Assembly (NCBI RefSeq): GCF_000372725.1
Contig: NW_005201338.1
Coordinates: 166,041 to 230,040 of the forward strand
DNA from: Emiliania huxleyi CCMP1516
Taxonomy: Eukaryota
Direction: 5' to 3'
Length of the DNA stretch: 64,000 bases
How positions within the stretch are numbered: position 1 is the first letter of the stretch; each line of letters starts with the position of its first letter. Shown here piece after piece: positions 22,521 to 33,926 of the stretch. A program made the translations under genes and the position numbers. Below the pieces are notes generated by a model. That model was not told the origin of the DNA. It was given only the letters and a program-made list of their open reading frames with translations, and searched no databases.

Positions 22521-24303
22521 AGGACTCACTTTTAGGTAAGAGGAAGGCTGCGGTCCGCGACGGCGATGCCAGAGTCTGCCGCCGAGTCGGCTCTCTGGAG
22601 TCTAGTCGCAGCAAAACTCGTCCCATGACTGGCCGCTGGCGACCCGCTGCTCGCGGCAAGTCCAAGTGTGGAGGTGCCACCGCCGCGGGCGAGCAGCCGC
22701 CGGATCCACAAGACCCAGAGCGCGAGCGCGCGGTAGACGGAGAGCGCGGTCCGCATGAGCGAGCGCACAAGCGGAGAGAGAGCAGGCGCCATTTTGCGTC
22801 GGACGGCGGCGGTGGCACCGCGCACCGCCCAGGGCTTGGGCTCTCTAGCCCGCACCAAAAATGGGCAAAGACGGGGTGATTTCGGTCATCCGTCAAAATA
22901 TCTGAAGATCTCAATATAGGATTCTCCCCAAACCTTGCTCAGCTGATCCAGCCTGGGCCCTGGGGGGAAGGCCAGCCCTGGCCAAAGAAACCAGCACCTC
23001 ATCGGGCTTCCCTGACGCCTGAGCGTCACAGCTCGGTGATCGCGCCGGCCGGACACCACTGTGACGTCCGTTCCGGGCATTTGAACGTGACCTTCGGGGG
23101 CAAAGACATGGGCTCTATGGCTCAGACTGGACTCCTCTTGGTCCCTTCTGATGCCCTAGGCCACACCTGGGCCTTACCTGGGGTCCTAGGGGCCGGGCAG
23201 GGTTTGCCCCCCCCAACTGGCCCGAAGAACCTTAAGACACTAGACAGCATCAGTAGATCCCCGGGCGAGGGTGGTGGAGAGGGCTGTCCCCGGCGGCGGA
23301 GGACCCACATCCCACATTGCGGCGGGCCGGCAGGTTTTCTCATCCCCCACATCCCACATTTGGACCACGCGTGACGCCGATGGAAACTCGAGACTGGCTC
23401 CAGTGGGAGCACCAAACGCCCTCTAGTTTCCCTGGAACTTCCGGAAACGAGAAATGCGGCCCTCTGGTTTCCACGAATAATGAGTCCTGAAATATGTGTG
23501 AGTCCTGAGGCTCCTGACACCTCGATCGTGGAGATTTTTTTGAGTCGAAGACTGCAGATCGGCGACAAAACTCTCACACCCTGTTGAGAGAGAACAAACA
23601 AACAATCTGAGAGAGAGAACCCTGATCCCTGTTGTGTGTGTGTGTGTGTGTAACCTTTTAGAATTCTTTCGCACAGCGCTCACAGCCAGCCTCACATAAG
23701 CACAGCGCTCGCGGTGTATTTTATTTTTGTTTCCGGACGTCACGGGGAGGCAGGGTAGGCCTGGGCCCAGTTTTTCCCTCTCTTCACGCCGGAATTTTCA
23801 GAAAAAGAAATTTTCCGCCGAAATCACGATGTCAACCCTCCCCAAGTGGGTGATCTGGAGAGAGAGAAATTTGGTGCTTCTTGAGAGTGGCCTGTCATGT
23901 CTCAGGAAGGACTGTGGTTGCAAGAGAGTACCACCAACCACCCCACTTTAGTTGGTATAGTACCCCACCTTCACACAAAAACACAACCCCGGACCCAAGA
24001 CGCACAAGCAAGCACAGACAGTCGAGAAGGGAGAGACAGCAACGACAGTCAGAAGCCAGCGCTGGGTACCAGGAAGGCGAATGCGATGACGGCCTCTAGT
24101 GTGAGCTCTAGCGCTAGAGCTCATACGCACGCAGGCAAATCGCGACTATATACAGCTAGTTAGTTACCCCACCTTCACGCTATGTAGAAAGATGAACAAC
24201 AGTCAGGCTCGGACTGGACACCAACGCGGTATGGGTGGACGCGGGACAGATGATGACGACACGCACGAACGACACACAGACAAACAAAACAAATCTCTCT
24301 CTC

Positions 24304-26840
24304 TCACAACACAACACAAAACCTCCTTACTTCAGCTGGCATGTCGGCTGTCGGGCCTCTTCGGCTCGCGGCCGCCGTGCTGCTGATCCTGAGCGATCCT
24401 GCGCTCGCACTCGCGCAGAGCACGCGTGCTCTGCGCCCCGTGGACGCCGCGACAGCGGAGTCCCACGTCGGCGCTGTCCGACACCCACTCCTCGGCTCGA
24501 CGCTCCAAGAGCTGCCAGCTCGACCCGCTTCAAACATCTGCAGCGCGGTCGGGCCGGTCCAAGCTATCGTCGCGCACCCGACGGCTGCCGACGCGGCTCC
24601 CGAGCCAGCCTCGGCTGCCGCCACGGCTTCCGCCACGGCTTCCGCCACGGCTTCCGCCACGGCTTCCGCCACGGCTTCCGCCACGGCTTCCGCCACGGCT
24701 TCCGCCACGGCTTCCGCCACGGCTTCCGCCACGGCTTTCGCCACGGCTACGGCTTCCGCCACGGCTACGGCTTCCGCCACGGCTTCCGCCACGGCTGCTG
24801 CCACGGCCGCCGCCACGGCTGCCGCCACGGCTGCTGCCACGACTGCTGCCACGGCTGCTGCCAAGGCTACCTCGTCTCGTGTGTCTTTTGCGTCTGTGTC
24901 GCGTGACGAGTCCAGTGTACCTAGCGTGTCTAGCGTGTTTTCTACCCGCTGCACAGGTCCGGCGCCGACTACCTCGACCGTCCCACCCACCTGGCACCGT
25001 GCAGAATGGCTCTGTGTCGGACCAAAGGCAGCCACAAGGCAGCCTGTCCCTCACAGTGTCCACAACGCCGGTGGGGTCCCCTCGGATGAGGGGGCTGGGG
25101 CGGCACAACCGTCTTGCCCATTGCCCTCGACGACTGGCAGAGCCGGAGCCAACCGCACCAACCACAGCCCGACCAGTAGCCAGGAAACTACCCCGCTGGG
25201 CGGGGGCCTGGTTGGGTTGTGCGAGGTGCGGCCCTCTCGGAGCCACAAATTGTACAAGTCCATTGACTCCGAGCGCATCTTCTACCCGTCCGACGACTCG
25301 CTCCTGCCGGGACCCTGGTCGACAGGTACCGAAGGCGGTCGAGCACCAGGACGAGGAGGCGCCGTTCTGGCGTCGCCCGTCCCCAACAACTCTGACATCG
25401 ACATCTTCGTTGGCGGCACGCCTGCAAACGAGACCATCGTCAGCCTCTTCTCGCGCGACGCCTCGTCGGCGGGCGGCCTCTGGGACCTCTCCGACCCGCT
25501 CGGACTGGTGCTGGCAAAGCTCCCGGGAGATCTCCTACTCGCCGGCCTCATGGCGGTTTACACCAAAAACGGCATTTTCGCTTCCCTGTTCATCTTACAC
25601 AGCGTCTCCGCCGCGCCCAAACCTTGGTACTATGCGCTCTACGTTCCAGGGTCTGGTTGGGGCGTCTTTTCCACGTGGGACCTCTGTGCAGCGCACGGCG
25701 CCATCGGGGGCTCGAGGGCGCGCCACAAGAAGTACCGCGACATCCAAGAGGCGCTCGCCCACATCAACGTGCACTACCCAATCCCGACCTCGACCCAGAT
25801 CCTACTCGACTTCTGGTACCCGTTTGAAGGGGAGGCGACGCCAGCCCATCCCGGCGTCCTTCTCCAACCGCCCGTCGTCCTGAGCCCCGGCACGATCACC
25901 ACCTACGCCCAGCCAGGCGACGGCAACGGCGCCGCCACGTCGTCATCTGCTGCATCGTCCTCGGCGGCATCTCCTCCGACACCCTCCAGGACGAGCTCCA
26001 GCGGAAGCTCGGCCTTTGGCTCTCCGTGGCGCTTCCCACCCTTCGGGTCGCGCTCGAGCGGGGCATGTCAGTCGATTTCTTCGGCGACTACCTTTACAAC
26101 AAGGCCCACCACCGGCGGCCCCACGACGGCGTCCTCGCCGCCTGGGCGGACGCGATGCGCGCCCCGGCCAACGCGCCGGTCGTGCACGGCGACAAGGAGA
26201 AACCAGAGCTCACCCGGCAGTACAACGAGGGGTACAAGGTCGACCTCGCGGAACCCCACGCTGGCCCGGGAGGATGCGATGAGGTGAATGAAGTCAAGCT
26301 CTGGACGCCCCTCCTCAAGACCTCCTCGGCGGGCGTTGGCAACGCCTCGAGCGGCGGCACGCCCGCCTCCGTTGGCCACTCCTACGCCTTCGGCAACACC
26401 GAAGAGAAGGCCCGCCGCCTAAACATGGGCTGCAAGGCGCGCGGGCAACCCGGCCAACCCTTCGACCACAAGAACGGCCACGGCTACGTCAAGGCGCATC
26501 GCGGTTTCTACCACGACGCGATCTTTGTCAAGCGCAACAACTTCAACCTGCTGCTCCACGAGACGTTCGGCGGCGGCTTCTCGCCCACCGCCGTTCTCAA
26601 GCTGCGCCGCCTCGCGCGCAAAGTCGCGCGCGGCAGCGTCGACCGCACGGCCTACTCGCCCAAGTACTCGCTCTCTTTTATGTCCCACCATGCAGAGCGC
26701 ATCTCTCTCTCTGTTGTGCGAGGCGTGAACCGCGCCATTCGCTCTCACCTGGCAACCCTGTCTGCACGTCTCGCGCGCGCGTGAACAGGGCTCCAGGCCC
26801 CAAATGACGTGTGAGTGTTAGAGTTGTTTGGTATTGCTAA
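24304..26840 (+). mobile_element. CRE-like non-LTR retroelement derivative lacking RT: ORF with RNase H1 hybrid-binding-like domain, followed out of frame by a restriction-like endonuclease region
   Basis: WYYALYVPGSGWGVFSTWDLCAAHGAIGGSRARHKKYRDIQEALAHI (Cauli_VI/HBD-like, about 25626-25765). RLE region about 25965-26784 with RRPHDGV, VDLAEP..EVNEVK, HETFGGG and RISLSVVRGVNRAI. Flanked by AAATCTCTCTCTC at 24291 and 26841. Confidence 0.7.
24617..24866. repeat. 12-bp tandem repeat GCCACGGCTTCC (Ala-Thr-Ala-Ser)n
   Basis: Direct reading. Confidence 0.95.
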
Positions 26841-27046
26841 AAATCTCTCTCTCAGACACAAACAAGCTCACAAGACACACAGCCAGCTGGCTGCCACACA
26901 CCCTGAGTTGGCGTACACATAACTCAGGGCCACATTCTTCCTGTCGCCCCCCCCAGCACTCCAAGGTGCCAAGAGAAACAAACGAGGGCACAACAAACAA
27001 CACTTAACCGTGCGGACCGCGTTTTCTTCCTCGGCTGTTGGGCAAT

Positions 27047-29529
27047 ATGGCCCTGATGCTGTCCGACGCACGAGACTATGAGGGGAACGCGCGGAAGAGT
27101 CTCGATGCACGCCTTAAGGCCATGGGCATCACCAAGATGGGCCACCGGTGCGGGGTCATGGCTGCGTTGCCAGAGCTGCGTGCGTCGAGCCGCTCAGAGC
27201 GCCTCGAGAGGCTCAAGGCGGTGGGTCTGAGTAAGCTCGGGCACCGTCTGGGCGTGCTGAACCTGCTCGACGAGCTCAACGGGGCCGAAACCTGCACGCG
27301 TGCCACGGCGGAGGCTGGAGCGGCGTCCGGCTCGGGCCCGACCGGCGGAGCTGCGGCTGTGGCGACAGCCGCGCCGGCGGTAGATGCGGAGGATGCGGCG
27401 AGTGGGAGTGCGCCGGTTGAGGAGCCCCCGCGGGCGCTGGTTCGGGCGGAGCCGGCGGCGGGTGCCGAGGACGGCTGGCTGCTGCACGAGGAGTGGGTTG
27501 TGGTTCACTCTCCGCTCGTGTTTGTGCGCGAGGAGCCGGAGGATGAGTCGCGCAAGCTGGGGTACAAGTGGCGGGGCGAGCGGGTGGCGGTGAGCGGCGA
27601 GCGCGGGCCGTGGCTCAAGCTCGCGCTCGAGGAGGGCTGGATGCTGCGGGACGGGTCCGCCCTCGGACTCGGCTGCCGGCCCTGACCCTAACCCTAACCT
27701 TAACCCTTCCCCTAACCCTAGGTCCGCCCTCGGACTCGGCTGTCTGCTCGAGCCGGCTGCGAGGGCGAGCAAGGCGCTGCCTGCGCCGGGCGGCGAGGCG
27801 GGCGGCGCGGCGGGCGGGCAAGGCGGAGGCGCGGGGGTGCTGGTGCGAGCGTGTAGCACGGGCGCCGCGCGGAGCTTGACATCGATGGAGGGAGTAGGCG
27901 TGACTGTGGGCGAGCTGCTGCTGCGGCAGGTCTTTGAGAAGAAGTTTCCGAAGCGGACCCCGCGGCCAGAGGCGAGGCTGCGCTCCGATCCGCGCACAGA
28001 CCCGGAGGGGGTGCGCTGCCCGCCCCTTGCACCCCTGGCTTGTGCCACCCTGGCCTGTGCCACCCTGGCCTGTGCCACCCTGGCCTGTGCCACCCTGGCC
28101 TGTGCCACCCTGGCCTGTGCCACCCCGGCCTGTCGGCGTCTCTTCTTGTCGGCGTCTCTTCTGCGGCGTCTCTTCAGAGCGTTCGCCCGCTGCCAGGTGG
28201 AGGCGAGCGTGCGGGCTGGCATCGAAAAGACGCAGGAGGGGTACAACGCCGCCAAGCTGCCCCACCGGCTGCGCGCCTGGCCGCCCGCAGGCCCGCTCTC
28301 CGTCGCCGGCGCGGCGGGCGTGCCGGTCAACGTGGACGAGATGGACGCGAGTGCGTTCGGTGGATCGGCGGGCGGCTTGTCTCCCCTCGCCGCCGCGCTC
28401 GGCGAGCGGTGGGTCGCTCAGAACCGGCCCGTCATCTTGCGAGGCGCGCTCCGGGGCTGGCCGCCGCTGCAGCGGTGGAGCGACTCGTACCTGCGGTCGG
28501 CTGTGGGCGGGAAGGCGGTGCCGGTCCGCCACTCGCCGCAGGAGTGCGAAGGGGGCCGCCTCTTCGGCGACCCGGGCCGCATGCAGGCCTACGAGAGCAG
28601 CGAGGTGCGGAGTGGGGGAGAGGGTGCCGAGAGGGTGCCGAGAGGGTGCCGAGAGAGTGCCGCCCCCATCGCCCCACCCGCCCTCCCCTCCCCTCCCCTC
28701 CCCTCCCCTCCCCTCCGCCTGCGCGCGGAGGTCCCTCTCAGCGAGCTGCTCGACGAGCTCTCCGCGCCCCACCCCCGCTACTACGCCGCCCGACTCCAGC
28801 TGCGGCGCAGCCTGCCCGAGCTCCTCGCCGACCTCGACGAGACACACCCCGCAGCAGCGCTCGAGGGAGGCCCCGCCGCAGCTCTCGGGGGGTGCTTCGG
28901 CGACCCGCAGGCCACACCTCGCCAAAGAAGACTAGCTATACACCTCACCAAGCTCTTCACACCTCACCAAAGAAGACGAGCCTTCGCCCGCCCCTCGCCG
29001 GACCCGCTGACGGCGCGCACCCTTGCGCAGGCGGTCAACCCGGTCTGCTACCTCGGCGCGGGCAGGCAGGCGACACCGATGCACTTCGACCCGTCCGAGA
29101 ACCTGCTCTGCGTCGTCCAGGGCGCCCCCGCCCCCTCCCCTCTCTCCGCCCGCGGACGGGGCCGACGAGCCGCCCATGCCGCCCCCAGGCGCCAAGGAGC
29201 TCACCCTCTTCCACCCGGCCGACACGCCCAACCTCTACCCCGCCGGCGAGCGAAACTCGGCCGCCGTGTACTCGCTCGCAAACCTGTGCGACCCGGCCGA
29301 CGCAGATCGCTTCCCCGCGCTGGCGGAGGCGCGGCCGCTCCGTGCGCTCGTGCAGGAGGGCGATGTGCTCTATCTACCGTGCGGCTGGTGGCACGCAGTG
29401 CGCGGTTCGGAGGGGAGGAACCTGTCGGTTAACTACTGGTTCGCGCTGCACGAGTCCAAGGCGGACGCGCGGGTCGAGGTGGACGGTATCGTGGCGCGCG
29501 CCGCGAGAGAGGCCGCGGCGCTGGGATAA
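27047..29529 (+). CDS. JmjC/cupin-8 2-oxoglutarate hydroxylase (JMJD5/JMJD7-like) with N-terminal SAM-like repeats and an SH3b-like domain, multi-exon
   Basis: NRPVILRG..WPPLQRWSDSYL, TPMHFDPSENLLCVVQGAKELTLF, GDVLYLPCGWWHAV..NLSVNYWF (HxD...H triad). N-terminal LKAMGITKMGHR / LKAVGLSKLGHR and VFVREEP...GPWLKL..EGWML. Confidence 0.88.
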
Positions 29530-29899
29530 GCTTTTTGAACGCTTTGAGTCTCAGCCTGAGTCTTTATATCCGTCAATATAAGAACCTGAAGGATCCTCGC
29601 TGCACATTACACTTTGCTCACGCAGCACACGCACAGAGACACCCAGAGAGGCCCCCGACAGTCACACAGAGGCGGGCCGGGGCTCAGAGAGGGACTGTCA
29701 GAGCCCGTCAGAGCTCTCAAAGTGGAGCTCGTGGGCTCTCAGGCCTCACAGCTTTTATTGAGGTTTGAGCGGCACAGTTTGGACCTTTCCCTGATAGTGT
29801 GTATATATTGAACGGCAGAGTTGGAACCTGAAGGGTCCTGCACCACAGCACAGTGTGTATTGAACGTCAGTTGGAAGGGTCCTGCACCAAAGAGCACAA

Positions 29900-32226
29900 A
29901 GTGCTTATTCTGAACAGTTATTGAACAATGAGGCTTGATTGCTGTCCCTGTGCGATGCTCGCACCCGCTTGGTCGGAACGACGGAGGGACTGCTGCTTGC
30001 GTTGAGCATTTCGACTTCATCAGCATGGCGATCCTACGACCCGCAATCCTGCAGGGGACCAGTCGGAGTTGTAGCAAGCCATGATTGTGCATCTGTGCCT
30101 GCACCCGGTCCTCTGAATGCGCTTGTTGTTGTTGGGGTCATCGGGATCGTTGGGGTACACCCATGTTGCAACGATCGATGCAACTGCTGACGTCGTAGTC
30201 GCTTCCGAGTTGATACCGCCCCTCAGAAGTCCCGCCTCCGGGATTCACTTGTCCAACAAAGGCTTTGCAGCCACGTTTGACAAACCAGTCGGTCCAAGTT
30301 GTCCGTCGACGTAAGCCTCCTCACAAGCCTCGTAAATGCTCGTGTACGTACTTTTAGCTTACTGGGAGAAAAGAGAGAGGGGGTTGTGTTCTCTAGGCCC
30401 CTAAGGGCCCTACGCGCGGCGCGAGAGCTCGGAAGCGAGCTTTGCACGGCGATCGAGGATGGCACGGTTCACCCCCTTCACCGAAGCGATGGAGATGCGT
30501 TCCGCGTGGTGACACAAATGAGAGGCGGGAGTGGGGAGGGTACGCGGTGCGGTCAACGCCCGAGCGTTGAGCCTTGCGCGCAAGGCGGTTGATCTTTGCA
30601 ACTGCTGGCGGCGAGAAGCCGCCGCCGAATGTCTCGTGGAGAAGCAGGTTGAACTTGTTGCGTTTGGTGAAGATCCCATCATGGTAGTGGCCACGCTGTG
30701 ACTTGACGTAGCCTTGGCCGGTGGTGTGGTCGAACGCCCGTTGACCACGGAACCCGCGTTGCTTGCAGCCCATGTTTGCAAGGCGGGCGCGCTCTTCGGT
30801 GTTGCCGAAGGCGAACTTGTCTCCAACGGAGCCGGGGTTGCCTCCGGTGTCGGCGCGGCCGACCCCAACGGGCAAGCCACCCCGGAGGGGGGTCCAAAGT
30901 TTGACCTCACTGATCTCGTCTTTGCCCCCGGGAGCCTCGCCCGGTTCAGCCAGGTCGGTCTTGTAGCCCTCGTTGAACTGTTTGGTGAGTTCTGGTTTTT
31001 CGGCATCTCCCATAACGGGCCGGGAGACGGAGACGGCGTGGACACAATCGTACCAGGCGCGAAGTACGCCGTCGTGTGGGCGCCGCCGGGCGGCGTTGTT
31101 GAGGAACCAGTCGCCATGGTAGTCCTTTGCACCACCGACTGTGTCCCCAAGCTCGAGTGCCCGCGTGACGGTCGAGCGGCACTGCGAGAGGTGAAGGCCG
31201 TTTCGGCGCTGAAGCTCGCCGATGAATATGTCGTCTGGAATGCATGTGGCATTGCTGCCGTCGAGTTTTGTGTCGAGCCACCGCCCCGCGTAAGGCTGCG
31301 CAGTTGAGACGTAGCGGATGGACTCGCGTAGACGTATTTTGGTGTCGCCTGGCTGCCAGTTGGCTGCCGTGTAGTCGTCGAGGGCGCGCCACTCCTTCTG
31401 CAGATCGAACCAGTTCCAGATAGTCTCGATGGCAGCAAGCGCCCGCGCATACGAGGCCGTCATCGTGCCGCCATTCTGTACGACCTTCACGGCCGTCGCG
31501 CTGTTTGGAGTGAGTGCGTCCGTGTCGATGCAGGCCTGGCCTCCCGGGCCCGGGTCGTAGCAGATGTGGAGACTGTACGTGTTGGGCCAGAACCAAATGC
31601 CCGGGAGACGCAGCCCAGTCTCACTTCCGACGTGGAGGATGCTTGCCCAAGGTGCGGTAGTGCCGCGCGGGAACAGGTCGAACGACAGCGTCCAGTCGGC
31701 ACCAGACGTCCAGCTGCCCAGTTGGCAGTTGCTGGCCTCGGACCGGCGAGTACCACGTGTCGCCACCCACATCGAGTGGTGGAGATGGCGCCGGCGGCGA
31801 CACTGACGACGAATCGGCCGTCGAGTACACGGATCCGACGAGGTAGTCGCCAAAGCGGTAGCCGTCAGCCTCGTATGCGCCGACGCAGTGGTCGTGCGAG
31901 TGCCAGAGGTTGCCGTTTCCGTCGCCGGTCCCCTCGCAGTACGACGCGCGTCGAGCGGTGTGCCACCGAGCGCGCTCGAGCACTGGCAGTGGACGTCGTT
32001 GCCCATCGGGCACTCGAGACCCCAGAAGAGGTAGCCGCCAGCTGCGCACTGGCTCTTGCACGACTCGGCGCCGGAGGGCGGAGATCGCGACGTTGCCGTA
32101 TGGGCAGCTCCAGCCGGAGGGGCTGCCGAGGCAGGCGATCGGCTGATGCTCCGGGACGGTAAGGGGCATGGCTGGCAAGGCACTTATCCCCGGGAGGAGT
32201 ACGACGCTTGCAATTGACGCGAGCAT
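29900..32226 (-). pseudogene. Frameshifted secreted Cys-rich plus LamG/ConA-like protein gene with a retroelement in an intron
   Basis: Signal-like MLASIASVVLLPGISA, Cys-rich segment and WTLSFDLFPRGTTAPWASILHVG..RLPGIWFWPNTYSLHI lie in different frames. GGTMT (ends 31458) resumes as AYVDGQL at 30316. The 3' end is approximate. Confidence 0.55.
30365..31450 (-). mobile_element. 5'-truncated CRE-like retroelement (RLE C-terminus), paralogous to 25965-26784
   Basis: GRWLD..ELQRRNGL..RRPHDGVLRAW..GDAEKPELTKQFNEGYKTDLAEP..EISEVKLWTPL..FAFGNTEERAR..LLLHETFGGGFSP. Frameshift near the C-terminus (HHAERISIASVKGVNRAI in another frame). Confidence 0.8.
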
Positions 32227-32954
32227 GCCCACCTATCGGCATCGGTCGTGATCGGGTGGTGGTGTGTTTGAGGGTGGTTGGCCGAGACACGATACGGAGA
32301 ATGATTCGCGCTGCTGGGAGGGCGGAGTGAAGAGCGTGCAACCCCTCGTCGGCAGCGCGCCGCAAGCAGGTCCTCCTGGAGGAGGGCTGGCCTCGCGGCG
32401 AGTTGCCTTCTAAGGTGGGGTTGCGCGAGCACATGCAGGCTCGCGCTGCGCTGCGGTATAAGGTGGGCCTGGCCTACCATGGCAATGCCGCTGAGACCGG
32501 TCGGTGAGTACTTGTACGACGCACCCGAGCTACGCGCCGACGCTGGACATCGGACAAGTGGTCCACACGCTGAACAGAATGTTCAATCTCAATGTCCCAC
32601 CCCCCTGCGCGCGGGCCTTCTAGGCCCGCGGGTAATCTCCCCCCATCCCCAGGGCCTCCAGGGCTCGCACCTCAACCTCTCATAGACCAGCGCAAAGCGC
32701 CATAGGACCTATTTTCTTGTCAATAACAAGGTCTGTGAAGGTTTGACGTCTTCAGGTTAGTGACGCAAACCATCAAGGTTCAAGCATCACATGAGTGAGC
32801 TGCTGTCTCGTGCCTTGCGGGGGAGAGCGTTCCTCCTTCCCACAGTTCAAGTGGTGAGCTTTCCTTGAAGAAGGGCGAGGGGTGAAGGAAGGAAGAAAGA
32901 ACAAAGAGAACCCAAAGAGGGGGCCAACCCAAATTCTTCTTTCCAATTCCGACG

Positions 32955-33880
32955 ATGGGCGCCTGCACGTCCAAGCTGCGGGAAGACGGGACCTACGACC
33001 CGAGCCCGTTCACGCTCATGGTTGCAACGTCGAGCAGAACCAAATACGTCAAGCAGGATCACGATGGGAAGGTCTATGCCGGCACGAAGCCGATCCTGGT
33101 CGTGTGCACCGATGAAGGGCATCTGGAGATGGCGAACGGGAAGGTCTTCAACACGGGAAACCACCCGGTCGAGATGTTTGTGCCGATGCTCCACTTTAAA
33201 GACGTGGGCTTCACGTTCGACATTGCAACTGCTCGCGGAAAACCTGTGGTGCTCGAGATGTGGGCGTATCCGAACAAGGACGAGAGCGTGAAGGCGCTGT
33301 ATGAGGAGGTGAACGTCTGCACCATCCCGGCAATGTGCTGGACGGCATCCCTAAGCTCTTAAGGACTTGCTTGCTTGCTTAGGTGAAGGCCATGCTTGAG
33401 AAGCCGAAGAAGATTGAGGATATTGTCAACCTCGACGGGTACGCGGCGGTCTTTATCCCCGGCGGGCACGGGTGCATGGTCAACCTGCCGGCATGCCAGC
33501 CGCTCGGCAAGCTGCTGAACCAGGCGCACGCTCGGGCGCTTCCGACTGTGACGCTCTGCCACGGACCATGCGCGCTCCTGGCGACGTGCGCCGAGACGAG
33601 CGGCGAGGCGCAGTGCACGTACGCGGGGTACAAGACGATGTGCTTTACGGACAAGACGGACGCCTTCACGCCGTCTATTGGCTACCTGCCCGGTCCGATG
33701 CCGTGGAAGGTGGAGGAGTGCCTCGTGGCCAAGGGCGTGGAGGTGCTCAACAAGTCGGAGACCGGCGCGGTGACGCAGGACCGCGAGCTCATCACCGGCG
33801 ACAGCCCCGACGCGGCTCACAACCTCGGCGTGCTGGCGGCCCCGCTCTTGGTGCAGTACGCTACGGAGCACGGGCTGTAG
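32955..33880 (+). CDS. hchA: Glyoxalase III / Hsp31 (bacterial HchA-type DJ-1/PfpI protein), intron 33309-33382
   Basis: ILVVCTDEGHLEMANGKVFNTGNHPVEM..EMWAYP, YAAVFIPGGHG, TLCHGP and ELITGDSP closely follow E. coli HchA motifs. Confidence 0.9.
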
Positions 33881-33926
33881 AGGCGCCTGAGTGAGACGGT
33901 TCGTGTCCATTTTAATTAATAAGTGT

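Noticed and set aside
22874..23828. Possible TIR pair GTGATTTCGG / CCGAAATCAC
   Set aside because: Only 10 bp, no TSD and no other support.
30393..32183. 596-aa lectin-nuclease fusion protein
   Set aside because: Better explained as read-through from a host exon into a retroelement remnant located in an intron.
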